A stretch of 63,984 bases of DNA, the filler included, from Bdellovibrionota bacterium (lineage in GTDB: Bacteria; Bdellovibrionota; Bdellovibrionia; Bdellovibrionales; JAEYZS01), in the NCBI GenBank assembly GCA_963169515.1. It is 6 parts of 6 records of this genome, joined end to end, with 100 filler letters (N's around TTAATTAATTAA, not from the genome) between each part and the next. Parts side by side here need not be neighbours in the genome. Positions count along the whole stretch, not along the records: positions 24,938 to 29,853 come from CAUJEF010000063.1; positions 29,954 to 35,149 come from CAUJEF010000064.1; positions 35,250 to 54,180 come from CAUJEF010000065.1; 3 more parts are not named here. One strand, written 5' to 3'. Positions 28,054-37,217 of the stretch are shown here, in pieces. The notes under the pieces are model-generated. The model saw only the letters and a list, made by a program, of their open reading frames with translations, ran no database searches and was not told the DNA's origin. The number at the start of each line of letters is the position of its first letter. Position 1 is the first letter of the stretch. The translations under genes and the position numbers were made by a program.

Positions 28054-29427
28054 CTATGGAAGTCGGATCACATACGCTGGCGTCGTTCGACCAGTGATAA
28101 ACCCAATGGCACGCCAAGACTCGATAAAAACAAATCTTCCAAAAATTCCATGTCCACCAGATTCGGTTACAATGGTGTCCCCTGTAAGTTGGTGGGGCGT
28201 AACCGCGTAGGTTGTTGGATTGACCTCGTATAAAATATTATCTGACGAGGTGCCGCCCCAATACCAATATCTATCTGTGACCGGATCGTAAACAGTGGCT
28301 GAGCCGGATGAAATGCTTCCCATTGATTGCGCGGTTTGGGATATGGTCTCAGCACTCCAACTTATATTTGACGAAAAGCTAAGCCCGTTAGATGAATAAA
28401 CCGCAGTGTTTGTCCTGGTATTGTAGGCTGCAACGGAATCATTCGGATACTGATTTCGAACCTGTTTCAGTGCCCCCCAGCTATTTGTTGCGACATTATA
28501 AAATGCATAGGTAAAGTATGTGGCCCATCTTTCCATTGCAAGAATTTTACCAGAGGCCTCGTCACAAACCACCATTCCAGCAAACCATCTGCCCGGATAG
28601 TCTGAGAATCGGCGCCACACTGCTGAATCCGTGTCAAAGCGCCACAGCTCAGCGGTAAACCCGCCCGTGGGATAAGTGCTGCCGCCAAGGCGATAAATCA
28701 TACCATTGATTTCACACATCCCATCATAAGTGTGCACAGATACAGGAAATCCGATGGAGCCGACGGGTGTCCCTCCGGCGGAAGATCCTGTCTGCCCTGC
28801 GCTAGCAAGGACCCATCCTGTTGGTCTGTTGGTTCCGGCAAAATCGAAATATGAAAGTGAATTGTTACTTGAATCGCCGTGCCCGCCACCGTGAACCCAC
28901 ACTCTGGATCCACTGGTTGCTTTCGTGCCGCCGCTCCAAGGTCGCATGATGTCGTCGTTTCCAGACCACATCGACGGCATAATAGATCTGAAAGTTGTAG
29001 TGCCGTTGCTAGGCGCGTAGGCCCCTGTCATCGCACGTACCTGAAACGGCGCCATCGAAGAAATATAGGCCGGTGCATTTGGATCTATCGGGGACGGTAC
29101 AGGGGTCGGTGTTTGCACGGGTGTCGGGGTTGGCGGCACAGGCGTTGGGGTAGGCGTTCTTGGGGTCGGCGTCGGAGTAGGCGGCACAGGCGTTGGGGTA
29201 GGCGTTCTTGGAGTCGGTGTCGGAGTTGGCGGCACAGGCGTTGGGGTAGGCGTTCTTGGGGTTGGCGTCGGAGTAGGCGGCACAGGCGTTGGGGTCGATT
29301 GTGAAACGCTTGAATTATTGGCAAATTGTATGGCTTGAAAACCTTTACCACAGTTATTGAATAGCAAAATCAAAAATACTGGTAGAATAGCTTTATAAGC
29401 TGAATGAAGAGTTGATTTTGTAAACAT
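28054..29427 (-). CDS. FNNCG-family lipoprotein with Pro/Thr stalk and putative beta-propeller head (paralog E)
   Basis: LLFNNCGKGFQA; tandem-repeat linker; WSGG, HGGGHGDS, HTYD, GIFGRF motifs. Confidence 0.85.
   Translation of the reverse strand: MFTKSTLHSAYKAILPVFLILLFNNCGKGFQAIQFANNSSVSQSTPTPVPPTPTPTPRTPTPTPVPPTPTPTPRTPTPTPVPPTPTPTPRTPTPTPVPPTPTPVQTPTPVPSPIDPNAPAYISSMAPFQVRAMTGAYAPSNGTTTFRSIMPSMWSGNDDIMRPWSGGTKATSGSRVWVHGGGHGDSSNNSLSYFDFAGTNRPTGWVLASAGQTGSSAGGTPVGSIGFPVSVHTYDGMCEINGMIYRLGGSTYPTGGFTAELWRFDTDSAVWRRFSDYPGRWFAGMVVCDEASGKILAMERWATYFTYAFYNVATNSWGALKQVRNQYPNDSVAAYNTRTNTAVYSSNGLSFSSNISWSAETISQTAQSMGSISSGSATVYDPVTDRYWYWGGTSSDNILYEVNPTTYAVTPHQLTGDTIVTESGGHGIFGRFVFIESWRAIGFITGRTTPAYVIRLP
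29132..29295. repeat. 48-bp coding tandem repeat, about 3.4 copies
   Basis: Units start at 29132, 29180, 29228 and 29276; encode the 16-aa unit TPTPVPPTPTPTPRTP. Confidence 0.9.
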
Positions 29428-29454
29428 CGCAAAGCCCCTCGAGGTTCTTTCCTA

Positions 29455-29482
29455 CCATCGGCATTATCATCTTGAGACTAAA
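29455..29482 (-). promoter_or_regulatory. Putative sigma28-type promoter
   Basis: TTTAG-N15-GCCGATGG upstream of paralog E. Confidence 0.4.
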
Positions 29483-29597
29483 GAAAGATCTCATTTTGAG
29501 GCGGTTTTAATAATACATTGCAAAATTCGTGACAGAGCCAGATGCCTAGAGTCTAATTTATCTTCATAAATAAAAAAATGATACAGGAGGTTTCTGC

Positions 29598-29853
29598 GTG
29601 AAACAGTTCGTTTTAATAGGGTTTGTTTTATGTTTTTTGGGATTTCAAAGTGCATCTGCGAACAGCACAAATATTCGATTTAATCCATTGGGAATGTTGG
29701 TCGGATATATAAACGCGAACGTAGATTTTAAAGTGGGTTCATCTTGGACCATTGGCCCAGAGGTTGGTTACCTCAACTGGGATTTTTCAGACACATCAGT
29801 ATCAGCTACAAAATTTGGCGTTCGTGCTAATTTTTTCCTGGGCGGAAACGCTT
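29598..29853 (+). CDS. Outer-membrane beta-barrel protein, partial
   Basis: Signal peptide, NIRFNPLG, alternating beta-strand pattern; cut by spacer. Confidence 0.7.
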
Positions 29854-29953
29854 NNNNNNNNNNNNNNNNNNNNNNNNNNNNNNNNNNNNNNNNNNNNTTA
29901 ATTAATTAANNNNNNNNNNNNNNNNNNNNNNNNNNNNNNNNNNNNNNNNNNNN
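29854..29953. other. Artificial contig spacer
   Basis: N44-TTAATTAATTAA-N44. Confidence 0.99.
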
Positions 29954-30996
29954 TCTATGTTTTCGATTTGATCGATCTCGGTTTCTAATCCAGAAAGCAC
30001 ATTCAATATTTCTTCAACTGTTTTTCCGTATTTGCGCTGAAGATGGCGAAGTTTATTCATTCGGTCTTCAACTTCGTTTAACCTTTCCGAATCAATCTCT
30101 TTTGCGTAGGTCCGTAAATCATAAATTGCTTCTTCGATTAATGTTTTGGCCTGGCTGATCGGCTCGAAATGCTTTTTTAGTGTTTCGTCATATTTGGAAT
30201 GATCTTGCGAGCGCTGGATGATTTTGTGAAGTTGAACTAAAACAGAGTCTTCACTGCTGAACAAAACGTGCTCGGTAGTTGCTGTAAATTCACTTAATTG
30301 GGATGCATTCTTTATTCGGGTGTATTCATTTTCAACGCGTTCTTCGTCTCCATTTTTTAATTCGAGAGAAGCAATTTCGTCGCGCTGGTATTTTAAAAAA
30401 TCAAGACGTTGTGCCTGGGTTTGGGCGGTTGCGTGAATCTGTTGGATCTGGTTTGAGATTTTGTTAAATTCCTGGTAATTATCGAAATATTTTTTTCGTA
30501 ACTCGAGGGCACCACAGTAGTAGTCAAGTATGTCTAAATGGTAGGCTTTGGATAACAAGTTTTTATTTTCGTGTTGAGATGTCATTTCAATAAGTGGAGT
30601 TCTGTGTGTTGTAAGATCAATCAGTGGGTGGACGATATTTTGTAGTGTGGCGAGAGTCGATAAGCTTTCGTTGATGTAAATTCTGTTTTTCCCGTCTTTT
30701 GAAATCAACCGTCGAACAACCAGGAGGTCATCTGCGACGGCAATGCCGTGTTCTTGTAATGTCGCCAATATGTCTGTGCGGTCCGTTAGATCAAAGGACC
30801 CTTCCACAGTTGCAAGGTCACAACCGCTTCGGACAATTTGACTGGAAGATTTATCGCCCATCAGTAGAGTAAGGCTTTTTAGCAAAACAGATTTTCCTGC
30901 CCCGGTTTCTCCACTGAGTATATTCAGCCCTGATTTTAAAGAAAGAGAGATATTTTCAATAATGGCAAAGTTAGAGACCTTGAGTTCAAGTAACAT
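29954..30996 (-). CDS. recN: DNA repair protein RecN, 3'-partial
   Basis: MLLELKVSNFAII, GETGAGKS, coiled coil; downstream of nadK. Confidence 0.93.
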
Positions 30997-31018
30997 CTTT
31001 CCCCTCCCCTGGAAATCA

Positions 31019-31885
31019 CTAGTCGCGTTGCCCGAAGCTGAGCTTTCGCCTTAGTACATCAAAATAATTATGTGATTCTAATTGCAACTTTAAATGTCCT
31101 CGTTTTGCTTTTTTAATTGTAACGACGTCTTTGTCCGATAGTCCTTCGGAGCGTTGACCGTCTATCATGCAAAAAGCTTTTGTTGGTGCAGGCGAAAGTT
31201 TAATAGTAATTTCATGATCATCGGGTAGCGTGATCGGACGAATCGTTAAGCTATGCGGACAGATCGGCGTAATCACAATTCCTCGCACATCAGGATGAGT
31301 GATGGGCCCCCCAGCGGCAAGATTATATGCCGTAGATCCTGTTGGACTGCTGATGATAAGTCCGTCTGCTTTCAGTTCTGTTACGAGCGCGTTGTTGCTA
31401 TAAATTGCCATACTGATCAGTCGACTGTTTGGCCCGCGTTCAATTACAAGATCGTTTAATGCAAGAAGTTGTTGTGTGCGACGACCATGCTTTTTCACGC
31501 AGATATCCAACATCGTTAGAGAATTGAATCGCACTTTTTCGGCGAGCGCTGCTTTGATTACGGAATACATATTTTGAACGGTAACTTCAGTTAAAAAACC
31601 GAGATTGCCCATGTTTACACCGATAATTGGAATGGGCATAATTGGTTGAAAAAATCGAATGGCTCTTAAGTAGGTTCCATCGCCGCCCAATACGACTATA
31701 AAATCGACTTTTTTCATGGTCGTTTTGTTCACAACAAAAGTTCCTGGAATTCTTTTTTGATCAAGATGTGAATAAACTTTTACGCCTTGGAGCTTGAGCC
31801 AAAGTGCAAGCTCTTTTGCGAGCTGAAAGGCTTTGGGGCGATGGGGTCGGTAGACAATAGCAATATGCTTGTTTTTTTTTACCAT
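31019..31885 (-). CDS. nadK: NAD kinase
   Basis: LGGDGT, GNLGFL, ALND, ADGLIISSPTGSTAYNLAAGGP. Confidence 0.95.
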   Translation of the reverse strand: MVKKNKHIAIVYRPHRPKAFQLAKELALWLKLQGVKVYSHLDQKRIPGTFVVNKTTMKKVDFIVVLGGDGTYLRAIRFFQPIMPIPIIGVNMGNLGFLTEVTVQNMYSVIKAALAEKVRFNSLTMLDICVKKHGRRTQQLLALNDLVIERGPNSRLISMAIYSNNALVTELKADGLIISSPTGSTAYNLAAGGPITHPDVRGIVITPICPHSLTIRPITLPDDHEITIKLSPAPTKAFCMIDGQRSEGLSDKDVVTIKKAKRGHLKLQLESHNYFDVLRRKLSFGQRD

Positions 31886-32080
31886 TGGAATGCTACAAAA
31901 TCCTGTTCCTAAAATCAGATTCGTAATAGAGACGAAAAATGGCAAAGTGTCAACAAATTAACAGCCACATATGGCTAATTTAATAAGGAAAATTAAGTAG
32001 TTAGAGCATATTTTTGAGATGAATGTGTGGCATACGGTTTGGATACTAATGACCTGTATTACTCATTTTTTGGAGGATTC

Positions 32081-32599
32081 ATGAAAAGACTATTAACAGC
32101 ATTCGCCTTGATTGCTACTGTTTTGGTAGTCAGCTGCGGTAAGAAAAACAACACTGCTACGACGCCTAACGATTGTTATAACCAAGGCCTGAGCCCTGCA
32201 TATTATCCAAATAATCCGTGGAATAACGGATACAACAATGGGTGGTACAATGGTGGATACGGTTACAACAATAATCCGTATCAACAGTATCCTTATAATA
32301 ATGGCTACACTAACGGTGGCTATAGCCAATGGAATAACAGCAATTATGGACAATTTAATCAAAACAACGTCGGCTGTTTAGGCTACAACCAGTATTCGCC
32401 ATATTATGGAAATGGCTACAATCAGGTTTATTACCAAGGTCAGCCTTACTACTATGTGCAACAACAGCCGTGTCAGTTGAATACTTCGGCTCAAACATGT
32501 CCATCAGGCTACGTCTGCCAACGACAACAAAATATGTATGTATGGTCGTGGGGATTTGATGGTATCAATCGCCAAGGCGTCTGCATGAGGATTCAATAA
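32081..32599 (+). CDS. Asn/Tyr/Gln/Gly-rich low-complexity lipoprotein
   Basis: GGAGG RBS; VVSC lipobox; NNGY-type repeats; small Cys-rich C-terminus. Confidence 0.75.
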   Translation: MKRLLTAFALIATVLVVSCGKKNNTATTPNDCYNQGLSPAYYPNNPWNNGYNNGWYNGGYGYNNNPYQQYPYNNGYTNGGYSQWNNSNYGQFNQNNVGCLGYNQYSPYYGNGYNQVYYQGQPYYYVQQQPCQLNTSAQTCPSGYVCQRQQNMYVWSWGFDGINRQGVCMRIQ

Positions 32600-32797
32600 T
32601 CGAGTGCATTTTGGGAGCAAAATTTTTTGCTCCTTCTCGGTTCGCGTTACAGATTTTAGATCAAATCAACGGCTTCCCACTTTCAATATCCTGTATAAAA
32701 GATAAAAATCGATCTGGGCCCCGCGCTCAGGCTGGACGAGCTCTGTATGTTGAGGCATAATTTTTCAACAAGCATAAATGCCTACTAAAAACGGGAG

Positions 32798-34582
32798 ATG
32801 AGGGTGACGGAAACAATCAGCCATACGCTATTGGGTATCAAATCAAGGTCAGGAACAGCTGTCGAATATAACAGTGGTGGGAAATGGCTTTCTGTAACTT
32901 GGCGGGACTATTATAACTCTGTTGAAGACATCGCGGGTGGATTGAAAGCTTTGGGTGTTAATGAAGGTGAACGCGTAGTGATTTTTTCAAACACTCGCTT
33001 CGAATGGGCAATTGCTGATTTTGCAGCACTCGCTATCGGTGCCATTGTCGTTCCGATTTACCAAAGCAGTATCGTGGAAGATATCGAATACATCATTAAT
33101 GATTCAGAATCGGTGGTTGTTTTTTCTGAAGACAACTTTACTCATGAGCGCTTGAAATCTATTTTGCCCAAGTGTCCAACTGTAAAGCATGTGAGTGCTA
33201 TCCAGTCTAAGGCACCAAGTTTTACAACATGGAATGAGCTTATCCAAAAAGGGAAGGAGTATAAAAAAATAAACCCTGATTTTTTTGAGATCTGTTCCAA
33301 AAAAACTAATATCAATGATCTTGCTACGATTTGTTACACTTCGGGTACAACAGGAAGGCCTAAGGGAGTTTGCCTTCATCATGAACAAGTGATGAGTGAG
33401 GTGACAGAGGTATTTAAAGTTCTTGATGTCACGCCTGAGGATAAAACTCTTACATTTTTGCCGTTCGCACATATTTTAGGTCGAGTAGAGCACTGGTCCC
33501 AAATGTATATGGGTTGGACGATGGCATATGCTCAAAGCATCGAAAAAATTCGGGATAATTTAGTTGAAACGCATCCGACGTTCTTAGTTGCAGTTCCGCG
33601 AATTTTTGAAAAAGTATATAACGGTGTGATTTCGCAGGCCGAGATCAGCCCGATCAAGAAGAAAATTTTTGATTGGGCTTTAAATATTGGTTATCAAGTG
33701 AGCCAAAGCAGGTTGAACAAAACAACGCTCCCTATTCAAACTGCTCTGCAGTATCAAATTGCAAAAAAGTTAGTGTTCAACAAATTGGCTCAAAAGATGG
33801 GTGGGCGCTTACGGTTTGCAATGTCGGGTGGGGCGCCATTAAGCAAAGATATTGGGTCTTTTTTTCATGCTTCGGATCTTTTGATTCTTGAAGGTTATGG
33901 ATTAACTGAAACCACGGCCGGCATTACGGTCAACAATCGTTTCGAATACCGTTTTGGCACTGTAGGTAAAGCTATTGGTGATGTTCAATTGAAGATTGCG
34001 GCAGACGGCGAAATTCTAGTTAAAAGCAAAAAAGTTATGCGGGGATATTATAAAAATCCAGAGGCAACGGCCGAAGTTTTAAATGACGGCTGGCTAGCAA
34101 CAGGTGATATCGGTGAAATTTCTGATGATGGATTTCTTAAAATTACTGATCGCAAAAAAGATCTTATTAAAACAGGCGGTGGTAAATACGTAGCACCTCA
34201 GAAATTAGAGAACCTGTTAAAGCTTAGCAAATATATTACGAATGTTGTTATCCATGGAGACAAACGTAAATATATAGTTGCCCTGTTAACGCTGAATCAA
34301 GACGAAGTAAAAAAATATGCTGAACAAAACCAAATCGGTGGTTCTTATGCAGAATTGTGCAAAAATCCAAAAATTAAGGATTTGATCCGAGACGTTGTGG
34401 CAGATGTCAATGCACAGCTTGCAAGCTACGAAACAATTAAGAACTTTTCGATCATCCCATACGAGTTTACTGTCGAGGGCGGAGAAATTACTCCCTCTCT
34501 AAAAGTGAAGCGGAAATTTTGTGATAAAAAATATGCAGCGGAAATTGACGGGCTGTATGGTGATGAATCCAGAACAGCTTAG
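32798..34582 (+). CDS. Long-chain fatty acyl-CoA synthetase
   Basis: YTSGTTGRPKG, EGYGLTET, TGDIG, TDRKKD. Confidence 0.95.
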   Translation: MRVTETISHTLLGIKSRSGTAVEYNSGGKWLSVTWRDYYNSVEDIAGGLKALGVNEGERVVIFSNTRFEWAIADFAALAIGAIVVPIYQSSIVEDIEYIINDSESVVVFSEDNFTHERLKSILPKCPTVKHVSAIQSKAPSFTTWNELIQKGKEYKKINPDFFEICSKKTNINDLATICYTSGTTGRPKGVCLHHEQVMSEVTEVFKVLDVTPEDKTLTFLPFAHILGRVEHWSQMYMGWTMAYAQSIEKIRDNLVETHPTFLVAVPRIFEKVYNGVISQAEISPIKKKIFDWALNIGYQVSQSRLNKTTLPIQTALQYQIAKKLVFNKLAQKMGGRLRFAMSGGAPLSKDIGSFFHASDLLILEGYGLTETTAGITVNNRFEYRFGTVGKAIGDVQLKIAADGEILVKSKKVMRGYYKNPEATAEVLNDGWLATGDIGEISDDGFLKITDRKKDLIKTGGGKYVAPQKLENLLKLSKYITNVVIHGDKRKYIVALLTLNQDEVKKYAEQNQIGGSYAELCKNPKIKDLIRDVVADVNAQLASYETIKNFSIIPYEFTVEGGEITPSLKVKRKFCDKKYAAEIDGLYGDESRTA

Positions 34583-35149
34583 AGCCTAATATAAAATCTA
34601 AAGCCCAACCCTGCCCAGACTCCGCCAATATCAATTTGACGAGCAGATCCATCAGAATTTCGGAGTATGTCGCCCTTGGTTACAACTGCGCCATAAGCGT
34701 TTGTGAATGTATTCTGGGCTTTGAAATTAGTTTTGGGAACATATCTGTAACCCAGATCTGCAAGAATTGTAATGTTGTCTGTAAATAGAAATTCAAAACC
34801 AGAGGCGGCTTCGAGCATATATGTCGTAGCGGTTCCTTTTTCAGTGTAGTTTGGAAACGCCGCATTTGAATATGAGTTTTTCATGTCGATGGTCCCATAC
34901 CCACCGCCGGCAGACAAAATGAAGTGGCTGGTCTTGCTGTTATTCGACAGATACATTTCGATGTGTGCGACAGGGAATTTTCCGATTACGGAACTTTCAA
35001 GGGTTAGTGTTTGCGTGCCCCCTGAGTCCGTGCCTGGGATTCCAGATTGCTTTTGAGGGCTCACAAGCTCGGACCCTAAGCGGATACCGAATTGACTTGC
35101 GGTTGTAAGTAGCAACCCAACCTCGCCACCCCAATTAAATGTGGGCCCA
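34579..35149 (-). CDS. Outer-membrane beta-barrel protein, 5'-partial
   Basis: Amphipathic strands, C-terminal GLGFRFYIRL; open to the contig edge. Confidence 0.65.
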
Positions 35150-35249
35150 NNNNNNNNNNNNNNNNNNNNNNNNNNNNNNNNNNNNNNNNNNNNTTAATTA
35201 ATTAANNNNNNNNNNNNNNNNNNNNNNNNNNNNNNNNNNNNNNNNNNNN
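35150..35249. other. Artificial contig spacer
   Basis: N44-TTAATTAATTAA-N44. Confidence 0.99.
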
Positions 35250-35253
35250 ATCC

Positions 35254-36087
35254 ATGACAAAAGGTGCCGTTTATATTGTATCCGATGGAACAGGGGAAAC
35301 GGCTTCACTTATGACAAAAGCCGCTCTTGTCCAATACAGCGGTTACGACGTCAACCTTATTCGCTGCAAGAATGTTCGCACAGAAACCCAAATCGAAGCA
35401 ATCTTAAGCGAGGCAAAAACAAATCACGGTTTTGTGGTATTCACGATTGTTTCGCCAGAGCTACAGACAAAAACTCACTTGCTTGCAGACCAATACAAGG
35501 TTCAACATATCGATTTACTTGGCCCACTCCTTGTGGGTCTTGACAGTTATTTTGGCGTAAAAAATTCGGCACGGACCGCTGGTATTTTGCGCACTGTGAA
35601 TGAAAGTTATTTCAGGCGAATTGAAGCGATCGAATTTACCGTGAAGCATGACGATGGCAAAGAGCTTCGCGATCTGGATAAATCTGATATTGTGCTGGTC
35701 GGAATTAGCCGTACAAGCAAAACTCCATTGTCAATTTTTCTAAGCCATAAGGGGTGGAAGGTTTCTAACATCCCACTAGTACTGAATGTTCCGGTTCCAG
35801 AAGAAGTTTTCAAAGTAGATCAAAAAAAGGTTGTGGGCCTTACGATCAATCCGACCAAATTATCAAAAATTCGAGAAAATCGCCTAGAAAAACTGGGGAC
35901 AAATTCAACCGAATACGCAAGCTTGGATCATATTTCCCAAGAAATCGAATATGCCCATTCGATTTTCGAAAAAAACAAACGCTGGCCTATCTTTGACGTG
36001 ACCGAAAAAGCTCTCGAAGAAACCGCAACGGACATCATCCGGCTTGTTTCAAAGCGCCTCGGGATCAAGACAGAAGAATTTTTTTAA
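35254..36087 (+). CDS. ppsR: PEP synthase/PPDK regulatory protein (kinase/pyrophosphorylase, DUF299)
   Basis: VSDGTGETA, YFRRIEAIEF, HDDG, GISRTSKTPLS. Confidence 0.92.
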   Translation: MTKGAVYIVSDGTGETASLMTKAALVQYSGYDVNLIRCKNVRTETQIEAILSEAKTNHGFVVFTIVSPELQTKTHLLADQYKVQHIDLLGPLLVGLDSYFGVKNSARTAGILRTVNESYFRRIEAIEFTVKHDDGKELRDLDKSDIVLVGISRTSKTPLSIFLSHKGWKVSNIPLVLNVPVPEEVFKVDQKKVVGLTINPTKLSKIRENRLEKLGTNSTEYASLDHISQEIEYAHSIFEKNKRWPIFDVTEKALEETATDIIRLVSKRLGIKTEEFF

Positions 36088-36157
36088 GCGCGCCGAGACC
36101 TCGATCAGCCCCTTGGGTTTTAACTAAAGAATTTAGAGTTCCAAGCCCGCCCTAGGA

Positions 36158-36298
36158 CTACCTCAGTATTTCATAAAGAAAATAAACCAACTTCCAAAGA
36201 AGAGCGAACCAACGTACAACGCTCCAAAGGCCGTTAAGTTTACGGAGAACCTTCCGATAATTAACATAACAAAGCTTGTGCGCTTTTCTACGTTTCAT
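36158..36298 (-). CDS. Small cationic amphipathic peptide, candidate type I toxin (46 aa)
   Basis: MKRRKAHKLCYVNYRKVLRKLNGLWSVVRWFALLWKLVYFLYEILR; strong GGAGATAGGGGG RBS; structured leader and trailer. Confidence 0.6.
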   Translation of the reverse strand: MKRRKAHKLCYVNYRKVLRKLNGLWSVVRWFALLWKLVYFLYEILR

Positions 36299-36370
36299 AT
36301 CGCCCCCTATCTCCAAGGAGGACCTACCATAGTCCGAAGCTAACCTGAGCCTCGGCACTATGGTAGTTGC
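36274..36370 (+). ncRNA. Candidate cis-antisense antitoxin RNA
   Basis: TTTACG-N17-TAACAT promoter (36239-36267) inside the toxin ORF; transcript would cover the start codon and RBS and end at hairpin 36324-36366; ends approximate. Confidence 0.45.
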
Positions 36371-36532
36371 AGTTTACTGATGCCATTCAAATGGATTTTA
36401 AATTTATCTCGAGAACGCTACGTCCGAAATACGGACATTCAACATTCTCATGGAGAAGAATGGTTGCGTCATAAAGTCAGTATTTTTGGGGTAGTTGTTT
36501 AGAGTAAAGCTTAAGGAATTTTGGGCAACTTG

Positions 36533-37217
36533 TTAGGGTATGAGAATCGTGAAATCAAAATCGGACCATAGCCCTTGCTCGCGACTTCCACCAATGTAGT
36601 GCGGCCAAAGTGGTGTTTGTTTTCTTATGCTGTCATTGCTGAAAATAACTGGCTTATCTTTTAAACTCAAGAGCTGGCCACCACATAGACGATTCCAAGA
36701 CACTAACTCGTCAGGACCTGGGTCTGATGCATATTGCAAATTCAAAGAAATAAAAGAGGCGTGGCTTGCGCGGAGGAGGTCACTGAGTTTTACCCTGTCC
36801 TTTTCATCAGATGAAATATGCGCTTTCCCGACGAACATGATCGCCTGCTGGCATTGAGACGATAAATGCTTCACTACATTCCGAAAAATTGCCACATCTC
36901 TAACATTGATATCTATTCCCTGGCCAAAATTCTCGGAATGATCGACCGTAAAAACCTTAAACCCATTCTTTGTTGCCGCATCTAATATAGGTCTGAAATG
37001 TCTTAAGAACTCGTTAGCATCAGATCGCTCTTCCAATGACAAATCCCCTTTTAGAGCCTCTGTAATTCTTTGAATAAATTCATTGGCAGCATGGCTCGAA
37101 GCCAACTCCAAAAAAATACACTTTCCAGACTTCATTTGTTTAGAAAAATTTGAAATTATTTCGGTAAAAATCTGAGAATCATCATGCTCCGATTACGGCA
37201 ACTATCTTTTCCACGTC
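36533..37217 (-). pseudogene. ChaN/EreA-like protein, apparently 5'-truncated and frameshifted
   Basis: CIFLE, VFTVD, INVRDVAI, FVGKAH motifs; upstream KIVAVIG and EHDD lie in different frames; abuts the LysR stop. Confidence 0.5.

Noticed and set aside
29132..29295. Regularly spaced repeats resembling a CRISPR array
   Set aside because: Contiguous in-frame coding repeats without unique spacers; no cas genes in the window
36088..36359. MITE with terminal inverted repeats
   Set aside because: Arms are imperfect in a G-U-compatible way and no target-site duplication is visible, favouring RNA pairing
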